A stretch of DNA of 62,183 bases, filler included, from Sphacelaria rigidula (lineage: Eukaryota), in the NCBI GenBank assembly GCA_964200075.2. It is 3 parts of 3 records of this genome, joined end to end, with 100 filler letters (N's around TTAATTAATTAA, not from the genome) between each part and the next. Parts side by side here need not be neighbours in the genome. Positions count along the whole stretch, not along the records: positions 20,769 to 41,429 come from CAXNAA020000504.1; 2 more parts are not named here. The stretch is one strand, 5' to 3'. Below are positions 25,001 to 37,558 of the stretch, piece after piece. The translations under genes were made by a program, and so were the position numbers. Below the pieces are notes generated by a model. It saw nothing but the letters and a program-made list of their open reading frames with translations, ran no database searches and was not told the origin of the DNA. The stretch's first letter is position 1. Every line of letters begins with the position of its first letter.

Positions 25001-28000
25001 AAAAAAAAACCGGCTCAAAGTGCCACGAAACAAGTGGCCACACAGCGCCTGATGTTCGGGTTCAGGCTGCATGAGACACCTTCTGTCATGTTGGCGACAT
25101 TGGCTACAACGAACCCAAGCGTGGGAATTCCCAGCCTCTCGTTGTGCTCGGCTTTTCCCATTTCGATTTACGTGAAGATTTTGCCTCCCAAAACCATGCA
25201 CTTTTTTGGGGGGGAGGGGGCTATCGTAGAAAGTGTCTGGTGATGAACCTCTGTGTGGGAAACACACTGTCTAGTGGTTCTGATGCGTGCATCATGCTGG
25301 CATAGAGTTCTATTCGAATGAATGCTGCTGCTTCAGCGACGTTGTAACGAGTGAGTGTACACGAGTGGCCAGTGGGGTGCCTGCAACCTCAAATGTGGAC
25401 GTTACAAATGATGCACAACGTCTGTAACGTCCAAATTGGAGGTTGCAGGCACCCCAGTGGCCACCCGTCTACCGTCACGGGGCTTCGGCGACACCGACAA
25501 TACATTTTGTTTGATGATTGATCTCTGGTGGCTCTTGTTTTGGTGTACCAGCTAAAACACTCGGGACAATCAGCGGTCACACAGCCATGATGACCGTCAA
25601 TATACGACCTACGGAATCCGCAGTGTGAAGCGAGCGTACTATGCTGTGGAGGACACCCATAACGAACACCGGCCTTGGGGTATTGCGTTTTCGTTGACTC
25701 ACCCTTCTCGCAACACTCGCGCTTGTCGCATTCGTCGCGGCACTTCTTGTCACCGACGTTCAGGAAGCCGCTGGGGCACGTGTAGTCGTCCTTGCACGTC
25801 TTCACCTCTGAGAATGACACGACAGTCAACGAACGGGTCTCATCTCGGCGTGAAGTATCAACTGTACACCACTGGAGAAAAAGCCATGTCGGAATAACGC
25901 TTCATGATTTGTTGCACTTCTTATCATTTTGAGAACACCCAAACAATGCGCACACAACCATGTATTGAGATGTGATTCAGAGCGGTATCGATGTCCAAGC
26001 CGAAGGTATCTAGCGATGCTCGGCTCTCCGTGTCCAAGTCAGGGTCGCGATCAGGGCGACTGATTCGAAGAGAGAACGGCTCTCGCAGTCGAGAATCGAA
26101 GTTTAGGCTCGTTTTAGCCGATAGTTGCGGGAGGTGGCACGATTTTGAATCGAGGAAACCTACAGTTTGTTGACCCCATTGTGATCTAGAAACGCATGCC
26201 GGTATATATGTTAGTGTACTTCCTGTCACTCCACACGGGCCTCAAAAATGACCGACTATTCCGCGCTCCCCAGTTCGAAGGGTTTGCCTGTTTTGCTCAC
26301 GCACGCCTTGATGTAGGCGAGGGGCCGAAAACAATCCAGGGAGCCCGAAAATTGTCGTATTTCGCCCGATTCCGGGCGGGAAAATTACACAACCGGCCCA
26401 CTCTACTTGCTCTACTTGCTGATCGCATTCCAATCAGACGTCGATCGCGACTGCAGATGTCGCGTCTTCCAAGACACTCACCTTTCTCACAACACTCGCG
26501 TTGGTCGCACTTTCCACGGCACTTCTTGTCACCGCGGTTCAGGAAGCCGCGGGGGCAGACGAAGTCATCCTTGCATATCTTCACCTCTGCAACGAAAACG
26601 GTATCCATTGGCTGAGTGTCGTCGTGGCATGCAAGCGAGCATTGCATGCTATCTATCCCTGACCTTTCATGATGTGATGTTGACTGTTCTTCACGGTGTA
26701 CCGATACACCTCTGATGTCCTCCAAGTGATCACGTTATTTACTCCACCACGCCGTTTCGCCACATGCATGACCTGCACGTTGTACCGAGCTCTACTGTCC
26801 CGTAGACATTTCCATTCTCACTCCACGTGAAACTTGTAACAGGCACGTGGGCCAGCTGCTTCGAACGTGTCAGTGCCATCAACGATCAACTGGAGAGTTT
26901 GCTTCCCCCAGACACTCACCCTTCTCGCAACACTCGCGCTTGTCGCAGTCGCCGCTACACTCCTTGTCGCCGCGGTTCAGGAAGCCGCTCGGGCAGGTGT
27001 AGTCGTCCTTGCATGTCTTCACCTCTGAGGCGGACACGACAGCGGTGACGTTCTCTTGAATGAGATACGGTAGCTGGTTTGTAGCACGCGAGATCTGCGG
27101 TTTGCGTTAAGCTTGCTTCTTCGTCCGCTCATGCTGGATTACTCCGGCTTTGCAGGCAACTCGACCCACTCTTCGATCGAGTGGGGTGCTCCACTACACT
27201 GTGATGACCAACGTACTGGCGACGGTGACTAATGCATGACGACTCGTGACGCGTGGCACTACAGCGTCCCGACAGCATCTTCGATGTATCTGGAGGGTGG
27301 CTCGGCAGAAAAAAACACGACGTTCGCGCCCGGCCAGGAGCAAGGGTGGTGACAAGAGGGTCCCCCCTCGGTCGTCATGGTCCTTGTGCTGTATGCATAC
27401 CCTCAAGATGATGGCAAAATGTTTTATAATGATAGCTGATCGCTTGGACCGTACTCAACCCGATTGTACACTACAGCTGCAGGTATTGCTCCTTCCAGAT
27501 CCTTACCCTTCTCGCAGCATTCTTTCTGGTCGCACTTTCCACGGCACTCCTTTTCTCCGAGGTTGAGGTAGCCGCGGGGACACTTGAAGTCGTCCTTGCA
27601 CGTCTCCTTCTCTGTAACGGCCAAAGGGCATCAATAAATCACCCGCGTTGCCTCGTTTCGCCGGATCTTCCATAGACCAAACATTTGGCCGTTCAAAACG
27701 AAGGTCGTGGTCGACGGCACAAATGCGACTGGATTGTTGCACACGCCTGTTGGGCGTGGGCGATGCGTCTTCAACACGTTGCATCCCATCGACAACAGCG
27801 GGGCTATGTGTGTACTGTCTGTGCACTGCAACTCTACGCAGTGCTTCCCGAAGACACTCACCCTTCTCGCAGCATTCGCGCTTGTCGCACTTGCCGCGGC
27901 ACTCCTTGTTACCGACATTCAGGAAGCCCCTGGGGCACGTGTAGTCGTCCTTGCAAGTCTCCACCTCTGCGACGGACACGGAAGCCAAGCGGTGGATGTC

Positions 28001-31000
28001 GTCATCGCGTCCAAGCAACGTTCAAGCGTAATGGGCCACTTTCACAGCGGAGAACGCACCGGTGAAACCCAGGGTTCTTCACCTCGACACACTTTCAACT
28101 ACTTCAAACCTGATCTGTTCCATCTAGGTCACATTTTCGGTTATCTGCGTATTTGTATGGGTTTTAGAGGCGTATACTTGGATCAGGTGAATGTTGACCT
28201 CGTACTCGGATCACGTGTAGTGATCTGAAGCGATCTAGATCATATTCATATCACCTTTTACCGAGATGAATCCGAGATCTGGGACGCATGCCTCTAGCGG
28301 TACACGTGTGACACATGAGTATACCGAATCGGACCAGTACACCTGCACCGCGTCAACTCGCATGCGCATCTGCCGAGAACGGAACTCGCAATACTCGGGC
28401 CTAACGGTGCCAGCTGTACCATCAGGCCACCGGGTCGCGGAGAAAACTCCCTCATGAGTACGAATGCCTCGTACACGCTTACAGGCATCATAATTACGAT
28501 TTGGTAAACTCTCACCAGCGCCATGTCGTATTGTTTGCGTCCAACGTACTGCGCCATGTCCGCGGCCACCAAATTTCTTGTCAACGGCGAAAATACATTT
28601 GCACCAGTTCTTCATCCCACCTCTGCAACATCAAGGGCACGCGATATCGACTGCAGTCGATAGTAGGTATCGCTCCTGTCGGGTACTCACCCTTCTCGCA
28701 ACATTCGCGCTGGTCGCACTTGCCGCTGCACTCCTTGTGACCGCGGTTGAGGTAGCCGTCAGGGCACTTGAAGTCGTCCTTGCACGTTTCTTTTTCTGTG
28801 ACCACNNNNNNNNNNNNNNNNNNNNNNNNNNNNNNNNNNNNNNNNNNNNNNNNNNNNNNNNNNNNNNNNNNNNNNNNNNNNNNNNNNNNNNNNNNNNNNN
28901 NNNNNNNNNNNNNNNNNNNNNNNNNNNNNNNNNNNNNNNNNNNNNNNNNNNNNNNNNNNNNNNNNNNNNNNNNNNNNNNNNNNNNNNNNNNNNNNNNNNN
29001 NNNNNNNNNNNNNNNNNNNNNNNNNNNNNNNNNNNNNNNNNNNNNNNNNNNNNNNNNNNNNNNNNNNNNNNNNNNNNNNNNNNNNNNNNNNNNNNNNNNN
29101 NNNNNNNNNNNNNNNNNNNNNNNNNNNNNNNNNNNNNNNNNNNNNNNNNNNNNNNNNNNNNNNNNNNNNNNNNNNNNNNNNNNNNNNNNNNNNNNNNNNN
29201 NNNNNNNNNNNNNNNNNNNNNNNNNNNNNNNNNNNNNNNNNNNNNNNNNNNNNNNNNNNNNNNNNNNNNNNNNNNNNNNNNNNNNNNNNNNNNNNNNNNN
29301 NNNNNNNNNNNNNNNNNNNNNNNNNNNNNNNNNNNNNNNNNNNNNNNNNNNNNNNNNNNNNNNNNNNNNNNNNNNNNNNNNNNNNNNNNNNNNNNNNNNN
29401 NNNNNNNNNNNNNNNNNNNNNNNNNNNNNNNNNNNNNNNNNNNNNNNNNNNNNNNNNNNNNNNNNNNNNNNNNNNNNNNNNNNNNNNNNNNNNNNNNNNN
29501 NNNNNNNNNNNNNNNNNNNNNNNNNNNNNNNNNNNNNNNNNNNNNNNNNNNNNNNNNNNNNNNNNNNNNNNNNNNNNNNNNNNNNNNNNNNNNNNNNNNN
29601 NNNNNNNNNNNNNNNNNNNNNNNNNNNNNNNNNNNNNNNNNNNNNNNNNNNNNNNNNNNNNNNNNNNNNNNNNNNNNNNNNNNNNNNNNNNNNNNNNNNN
29701 NNNNNNNNNNNNNNNNNNNNNNNNNNCTTGTATAATCGAAATTGCTAACCCAACGACAATCTGACCAAGAGCGGACCTCGACCAGTGCTGACTTGCGGAG
29801 TGAGCGGATTAGTCTAGCCCCCACATTCCCCACCAAGAGCATGGATATCGCCTTCTCAAGGCGTTGCACGTGAGTGTCGACGGCGGAACGATGCACGTCC
29901 TGTCCGTGCACCACAGCACGTGTCGCTCCTGACGGAGTTTCTCACCCTTCTCGCAGCATTCGCGCTTGTCGCACTTGCCGCGGCACTCCTTGTTACCGAC
30001 GTTCAGGAAGCCGCTGGGGCACGTGTAGTCGTCCTTGCAAGTCTTCACCTCTGCGATGTACACGGCAGCCAATGGGTGGGCGTCGTCATCGCGTTCCAGC
30101 GACGCTGATGCACTCTGTTACTGAAGAGTGGTGGGCCGCTCCAAAGAACAGTGAGTATGAATCGCCAGTACTGGCATCAGTGATGTACTCTCTAGTTCGT
30201 TGTTTTCGTCGTACTTCCAACCCTTCCTCTTCCTGGGGACGGGCCCGTGGTCTCACCGGGTACAGGGCTTAATTTCGGTATCGTAGGTTGGTTGAACATC
30301 CCCGCACGCTGCCCAGTCTCGTCAGATAGACTTCACAGTACAATCTCGTCACACCAGCAATATATGCGTTATTCCTACTGGGCAGCTCCATGCCCGCGTT
30401 CACTACCGTATGCGATATCCCAGCCCCCATCCGTCATATCCAAACCGAATGCTGTGGACCGCAGCTAACCGCAGGTGGGTACAACGTTGCTTCCTTTGGA
30501 AACTCACCTTTCTCGCAGCATTCGCGCTGGTCGCACTTTCCGCGGCACTCCTTGTCACCGCGGTTGAGGTAGCCGTCAGGGCACTTGAAGTCGTCCTTAC
30601 ATGTTTCTTTTTCTGTGACGCACAAGTAACGCCAATAGATCATGCAACGTGTCGCGCATGGGTATGTCAATCTCAAGCTTGCCTCATTCAGTAGGCCCTG
30701 CTTCGAAGCATCGTGGGTGGCCACGGCAAACTGGGTTCGGTACCGGCAGCATACGCGCTTGAGGTGTACGCAGTTCGTACGCATGACCCAGTTCTTGGCC
30801 ATTCAGGACCAATCCAATAGCTCCAACGCTGACCACCACGGGAGTTGCGCTGCCTCCGACACACGAGTCGATCATCCTCACGACACCCACATGTTCATGA
30901 TGTGCTGGTTGTTCCGGCTCTCTTTCGATGATTCCTCGCCACCAACGATATAATAATATTGCCATCTAAGACCAACTGACTCATCGTCGTTGCCGCGTCG

Positions 31001-31450
31001 TCGTGAAACTAGTGACTAGTGCACTATTTCCGATCCAACTGCGATGGTTTTGTACTGCGTGGGAAGACCGCGTGCTCAGAGCACCGCATGGTAGTTCATA
31101 ACACCCCAGGATAGACGCCTGTCATGACCAATCGGGCGGGTCTCTACAGGAACCATGCCTCTGACCCTAACCCCAACCTTCAACTCCAATGCAGCCCTCC
31201 AAGCACGCGGTTCTCCCACATATTACAGTTCTTCTCGAATAACGTTCCGATCCGGTTTTCGCAAGTGGTGGGCATTCCTCATCGATTTCAACTGTCGACT
31301 CATCGTCCACCACCAAGACATGCAACCGTCTGGACGTCGCTTACCCTTGAAGCAGCAGTCGTACTTGTCGCACTTGCCGCGGCATCTCTTGCGGTCGTCG
31401 CCAATTGGCTTCCAGTCGCCGGGGCAAGAGAAATGCTTGCACCTGTCACG
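22035..31450 (-). CDS. Cysteine-rich tandem-repeat protein, one 6-Cys module per exon (14 modules visible; start and stop unresolved)
   Basis: Exons in transcription order: 31345-31450 (divergent, RDRCKHFSCPGDWKPIGDDRKRCRGKCDKYDCCFK); twelve 105-nt cag|...G|gt exons at 30508-30612, 29946-30050, 28691-28795, 27862-27966, 27507-27611, 26920-27024, 26482-26586, 25703-25807, 24658-24762, 23867-23971, 23122-23226, 22591-22695 (consensus EVKTCKDD[YF]xCPxG[FY]LNxGDKxCxGxCD[KQ]RECCEK); and 22035-22244 (divergent module plus K/R/G and D/K/S tail, then a GTAAGT donor or read-through to TGA at 22000). All exons are open and have canonical splice sites. Confidence 0.9.
24242..24518. mobile_element. MITE-like insertion, GTGCAA...TTGCAC ends
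   Basis: Absent from the paralogous intron at ~22985; flanked by TGAC/CGAC (near 4-bp TSD). Confidence 0.6.
24971..25237. mobile_element. MITE with TIR GACACCTTCTACGTTAGCCCCC / GGGGGCTATCGTAGAAAGTGTC, 4-bp TSD TGGT
   Basis: TIRs and TSD visible; empty site in the paralogous intron at ~23508-23511. Confidence 0.85.
25360..25469. mobile_element. Tc1/mariner-type MITE (110 bp, TA TSD)
   Basis: Near-perfect palindrome TA|CACGAGTGGCCAGTGGGGTGCCTGCAACCTC...GAGGTTGCAGGCACCCCAGTGGCCACCCGTC|TA; empty site gagtgTAccatcac at ~23627; second copy at 39275-39489. Confidence 0.85.
28806..29726. other. Assembly gap inside the cysteine-exon array
   Basis: ~920 N. Confidence 0.99.
31051..31227. mobile_element. 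TGTA...TACA MITE with telomere-like core (degenerate copy)
   Basis: tgtactgcgtgggaagaccgcgtgctcagag ... accctaacccc ... aagcacgcggttctcccacatattaca; flanks GTTT/GTTC. Confidence 0.7.
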
Positions 31451-33309
31451 CTGCTTTGTGGAGCGAGTAAACCAGTGTAGGCGAGAAGCAAACGGCACAC
31501 ATGTCGGTGACCAGTAATGCATCACAAGCCCGCAAAACATTGGTCAGCGTTTGTGTCTCTTGCCCTTCAGTTTTAAATGGGCAGCGACGAAGCTTCTGGT
31601 ATACATGTCCTCTCGTTTTAGGCCTCACCTTACGTATGCTGCCTCTGCGGTGCCAATCGCACGCGAACATTCGCATTGCCCGAGGAATGCTGCCGAGTGG
31701 AATATACGTCGTGAAAGCGTGTACTAACGTGAAATAAATTGCGATGCCTTACCATGTGGCACATCATGCATACGGTGTGATGGCACTCTCCGCTCTACAG
31801 CTCTGCACACCCGGGCCACGGGCATGCGTCGCTACCGCACACTGAGAAGGGCATGACAAGCGACCGGTCTGAAACCAGATAATCTGGGCAAAGGCACTTT
31901 TGTCCTCCTTTTTTTTTCCCCAGTGTGGCTTTGTGGCCATGGGCGCTAGATTTCCAGCTGGTGAAAGAAACAAGACGTGCTTGCCAACCTGTGTTGAATG
32001 AAGCCACACTAGAGCAAAGAGACGTTGACCATACAGGGAGCTCCGTAGATGAGAATTTCGGGCCCTCCTCACGGGTGATATTTCAACTTTTGCGTGCCAA
32101 AATGTTTCCTGTGCTCAGTCAGCCTATTTGATACTGGTACAGTACACCAAACCCGAGTGATTTGGTCTTCTCCGGTATAATGTCGAGCAGTTTTGGCTTG
32201 TCCTGGATATACACCGACCATGAAGTTGTCGATCACTCGATACAAGTCATTACCCCCGTACAGGTATGTCCCGGTCTGCCATCTTGTGTCACTTGGTCTA
32301 ATGTTATGAGGAGAGTAAGAGCTACAATGCAAAAGATGACAATGCAGGAAAAGAAATACAAACGCAGGGGAATAAGGACCACCAGTTGTTCCGAGCTCTT
32401 CCGAGTCACGCTGTGTCCCCGATCATATTGGTTCAAGTACACGACAACTCTAGTGCTTGCAGCGCTTTTCTCGGCATGCGATGCAAGCCACCGTGTGGCA
32501 CTTTACAACCTCTCGCACACACAAGGGCTGGGGGGCTGTGAAATAAGTTGGCCTAGATCGCCACAGAGGATCCCAAAAATCCCTCCGACAGCACAAAACA
32601 TCCTTTATTGAGAACGTCTGGTTCAGCGCAGCCGTTGTACGGTGTAAAACGCGTCCAGGATCTCCTTCTTACATCCCCTACTTTGGGTGCGTGGCAAGCG
32701 CACGCGAGAAACCGTAGTCTAATCACGTGCTCCTCACGTGTTTCACCGACAAACAGCAGCAGTACCCGAGTGCAACAACAACAAGGGCACAGCATGTATC
32801 ATTCTTTTAGTACATTATTAATGCCAGGTCGTAATCTTGAGGTGACGCGTCTACTTGTGAATTACCCTGATTGGCTCGTGAAGGCCTAATATCTTCCGAA
32901 AAAAGGTGTCCCAACACACTATCCCGAAATATAGGGCCTGGAGTCAGTCCTGATTCCCCCACATGACTGTTGTAGTCTAGAGTCAGGTTTTGGGTTCTTG
33001 TTCGACACCCCTTCCTGGGGACATATAACATCTCGTGGGTTCCACGCCCCCCTTACCCCTCTACCCCCCCCCCCCGCCAAAACAAAAAAATCCTCCAACA
33101 AATTTCAACTCCTTGAAGGTATAGTAACTCGATTCCAATCGCGCCCCCCCCTCCCCCAGTACCATACTAAACTCAGGATCGTGACCACCATGAACTGCAC
33201 CGAATGCAAGTAAGTGGGGAGTGATGCCGCGAAAGCCACTCTCGAACCAGCCCAGTGACGAAAATGCCGCATGAAGCAGCTGGTTCTTGGCCGCGTGAGG
33301 CGCCTCATG

Positions 33310-33833
33310 TGGGCGACATAGGTAGAGGAGGCTTCTTTCCCATAGTGTTGGTGCGGTGGTTTTTGCCCCTATTTTTTATCGTGAGGGGGATCCCGTAGCC
33401 CCTTCCCCTCGTCGACCATCGGGTCGAAATTTGTGCACTGTAACCTCGGCCAGAAAAAGTGCTGCATCCTGCTGTTTGAGGGACTTCCCAGCCGCACTAC
33501 CCTCAGCTTCAGTTATCAGCCTTCACGACATACATTTCATTATCCGGTGTGCCCTTGTGGGCACAGCGTCATAGATCCGCCAGGGTATCATCGCCGTGTT
33601 CCCAGTCATTATCCAGAATCCACCTAGTATCCTGCAGATTCCACATGTTCGCGGTCATTATCCAGATCACTACCAAATCAACGTGGCGGCTTCATTTCGT
33701 CAGTGCCCACGACATAGTTGCCCTCCCCTGTTGAGCATTGCGTGAGAAACAATCTCAGATCGCTTCCAGGTTTGAATCCACGACCCCACCGTCAGAGGGT
33801 TTCGAGATTACCGACTAAGCCATCGGGGCGACC
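33310..33833 (-). mobile_element. tRNA-derived SINE, second copy (interrupted)
   Basis: Head GGTCGCCCCGATGGCTTAGTCGG...GGATTCAAACC; body matches 8330-8525 with an internal insertion at ~33440-33700. Confidence 0.7.
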
Positions 33834-34110
33834 GACAGTGACCCACGTGTAGATCTCGCCTCCCCAAACCAGTCACTGTCCCGGGGGGCGCTATCGCAGC
33901 ATTAGTCTGGTTCACCATCATCAATAGAGTGATCTCATCGTTAGCGTCACTCACCACATGGACATTTGATGCAGTAAAACCAACGCTGGGTGTTGTTGTC
34001 CACAACGCCCAAGGAAACGACTTATATTATGGTGCCAAACTGAACCAATGTGATTCGGCTTTTCGACCCCCAGGGTGGCTCATCTGTTTAATCGTCCAAC
34101 ATGGTCGTTG

Positions 34111-34305
34111 TGTAATGCGTGAGAGGACGGCATCGGAATTTGAACACCTCTATAGCTAAGGTTAGGGTTAGGGTTAGTGTTGGGGTTTGGGTCAGGGGTG
34201 TGGTACCTGCAAGGACTGACCCGATTTGTTTTGGAAAACGTCGATCCTGAGGTATTTCGAACTACGGCGCGGTCCTCTGAGCACGCGGTCCTCTCACGCA
34301 TTACA
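34111..34305. mobile_element. TGTA...TACA MITE with TTAGGG core
   Basis: TIR TGTAATGCGTGAGAGGAC / GTCCTCTCACGCATTACA; TSD GTTG; internal ggttagggttagggttag. Confidence 0.9.
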
Positions 34306-35768
34306 GTTGGCCACCACCGCACCCTTTCAGCTCGGCGTATATGCGTATATACTGTACAAAAACAACAAAACAACCATCCGATCCCCTCTGTGCTACACGT
34401 GCAACATCGGCATGTCAATGTACGGCAGTGCGCGAGATTTATACTATACATCACCTTGCGGCCACGGGAGGTGAGGTCGCGATGTGTGTCTGCTGGGTCA
34501 AAATCCTCCTGATTAGCAATTCCGTGCTCCCCGCCTGCCGGCACGAGGCCGCAGCGAACACGAGTAATAAAGGCAGACGTTGGGGTTAGGTCAGCGCATG
34601 ACGCCACCAATGTGATACACGGCGGAGACGAGACACTTTTTCACCATGTCGGTGTACCGTCTTAGCAGCCAGCCTAGAAGCTTGAAACCTCCTACCGAAC
34701 AGTTCTCGACAAGCGCAGCGACATATCACGAAGTTTACCTACTCTTGTCATCGGGGGATCGCCATGCTTGTGCTCCGATAGCTTCCCTGTACTCGAGGGT
34801 GTTCACACAAAGCATAATGTCGTGACTGCCCACATCGGAGTGAAGAGAACGTGGGTTGAATTCCCACCAGATGCATTTCTTCCCTTTCGACATAGAGTAT
34901 TTCCATCGTCGAACGCGGGAGGATGTAAAGAAACATGAATTCAGCCCTGGAGACCACGGATTCGTCGTAAGGAAAGGGAGGGGTACATATTGTGTGACGA
35001 AAAGAATCGTGTGCCGATGACATATCAGACACGGGATTCTACAAATCGGGGATGGATCTTTTATTTGGGGATGAAGACCCGGGGGATCGAAGTCTTCGTA
35101 CCATACTAAATCTTCCAAGTACGCTTCCATTCCTCCCCTAGCTTGTAGCTTCTGACAACCACTACACGCCATACAAGTTTGGATCCCGATAAACCGAAAT
35201 GTCGGGGTCTCAGGTGAACAACCAATTTTGGCGTCCGATCGGACACCTAAAATCGCTCAAATTTGGGGGGTATGCGCGGCCCTCTAGGGGCAAAGAAAAA
35301 AGCCTCTGGAGATGTTCAATCCCTCTGGAGGAAAGCCAAAAATCTTCTCTGGAGGGTCGCGCACTCCTCCGGAGGCGTTTAATTCCCCTCTGGAGACTCG
35401 AAAATTTTACCCACCTGGAGGAATTTTAGAGGTGGCCAAATGGACGCGTGTGCGATGATTGGTTGCTGTGATACCACCCCCTTGCTCCCCCCGAAAAGTG
35501 CCAACAGAAATCGCTTCTTGCAAAAGTGATATCGTGACATCTCAGATGGGAACGTGAAACATCCCGTTGACAGCGGGATGACGGAGGTCGTGACAGACAA
35601 GTCAACACAATCGAACGTGAACCTGAGGATCGTATTGCCCTCCTGAACCGAAACACACCGCTCATTTCACTGCTGCTCATCAGCCGGGCATGCTGTGCTC
35701 GACCCTGCTCAAATCGGTTCAGAATTCAGGGAGAACTCCGACTTGCGTGAGACGCGCGCATTGCACAC

Positions 35769-35985
35769 TGTAATGCGTGAGAGGACCGCGTGCTCAGAGG
35801 ACCGCGCCGTAGTTCGAAACACCTCAGGATCGACGTTTTTCAAAACCAATCGGTCCAGTCCCTGCAGGTACCACTCCCCCAACTATAACCCCAACACTAA
35901 CACTAACACTAACCCCAACCCTAACCATGGGAATGTTCAAATTCCGATGCGGTCCTCTAAGCACGCACTCCTCCCACCCATTACA
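35769..35985. mobile_element. TGTA...TACA MITE with CCCTAA-like core
   Basis: Same TIRs, opposite orientation to the 34111 copy; flanks ACAC/GCAC. Confidence 0.9.
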
Positions 35986-37045
35986 GCACGCTCAGAAACA
36001 GTCAGCAACAGCACGTTTGCGGTTGCTATTTGACACGCACGCGGCCGTCTTTCATCCAATACTGGACGGATTTCCGTCAAACAAGGGCTGTCGTGTATAG
36101 ATGGTGAGCTAGCGCTTGAGCTAACAACGCGTGTGAGTGCTGGGTGTTTATGCGTCGGTTTTCGTGGCTCGATGTTTTGGCGCTGTGTCACCTCGTTGCG
36201 TCTAGTCCGCAGCGGTACACAGAGATGTTGGACTAACGGCCACTCTCAGAACCGCCGCATTCTTTACTTGTGTGCAGATCTGGGCTTCGATCTGGACAAA
36301 ACTGCTTGTCGATACCACGAAGCACTGGTCGTTGGGGGGCAAACACTTCTCCAGAAGTGATTTTACGAAAAGTGATGGGAGTCACATCCGATAAGACCCC
36401 GCCTGATGCGTGCACAGCACTCATGCTCTCGACCATCCGAGAAAAAAATAGTGCGGACGGGTCAAAAACGCGCGGATTCGATCCGACCGCACGTTTTCGA
36501 CACGAAAACAATGTGGTAAGTCACGGCCGGAATGAAGCGCGAAGAACACAGTATTGGGGGTTGGCGTAGAAAAAAGGCTTCGCTCATCCTGGGGAAAGGA
36601 CTGGGCTACGTGATGTTTCTCTGCTGTCCCACAATTTCTCCACAAAATTCGAAATATGACGCCGCCAGTGACCTGTAGACGGAGGCGACAGGGCCTTGGC
36701 CAGTAGTAGTAGGTATCACCACCTGGTAGAGTGGTTCTCAGTGCTGTTACTTTGTGTCCGGAGAGCGAAAACCACATCTTCAGTGAAGCTTGCCGTCCCG
36801 GTAAGGGCACCCAGCGTGAGTTGGACGCGTTTCCGCCAAAAGCAGCGCCGGGTTTGCCGACGCCACACTTTGCCTGGCAATCTCTCTGCCCCAGCCCTCG
36901 CTCGAGAGTTCTCGGTATGTCTTGGGCTGCGATGAGATTATACCAAGTGATACCATCACCTCGCCTTGGCCGGTCCCGCTTGTAGCAAGTATTCATGCAT
37001 TCAAATATGAGTTTCGATTTTGAACCCCAGGTATACAGTGTGGTC

Positions 37046-37260
37046 TGTAATGCGTGAGAGGACCGCGTGCTTCCAGGACCGCATGATAGTTCGGAACACC
37101 TTGGGGCCGACGTTTTTCAGAAACAATCGGGCCGGTCCCTGCAGGGACCACGCCCCTCACCCGAACCCCAACACCAACCCTAACCCTAACTAACCTCATC
37201 CATAGGGGTGTGCAAAATACGATGCAGTCCTCCAAGCAAGCGGTCTACTCACGCATTACA
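37046..37260. mobile_element. TGTA...TACA MITE with CCCTAA core
   Basis: Same TIRs; internal accctaaccctaac. Confidence 0.9.
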
Positions 37261-37558
37261 CGATCGACCCCATCGAACCCGGACTCGAAATTCAAGACTG
37301 TGGAGTTCGTTGGGCGGGGCACATGTCCCATTTCTCTCAGGATGACACCATTTGAAGTTTCAGGCAGTCGTGCTACAAGACGAGGGGGATCAAAGCTTCA
37401 GGGGACGGACGTTGGGCAGAAGTCGGACACGAACGTCACATTGATACTCGTGGCACCGGCTCCACGCGGTAACGCGACGTCAATTCCGAGATGGGCCTAC
37501 CAGCGCGCTACTCGTTCTCGCGAAAGCTCGAGGCATTTATATGTACACCGGGGCATGG

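Noticed and set aside
24410-25243. 277-aa plus-strand ORF and similar LAALALVALAAALLV ORFs
   Set aside because: Antisense shadows of the Cys exons that run through introns and MITEs
28578-29914. Long ORFs of 326-427 aa
   Set aside because: Artefacts of translating the N gap
22591-30612. CRISPR-like array or diversity-generating retroelement
   Set aside because: The repeats are 105-nt spliceable coding exons separated by 250-1150 bp introns. No cas or reverse transcriptase gene is visible and the variation is not adenine-specific.
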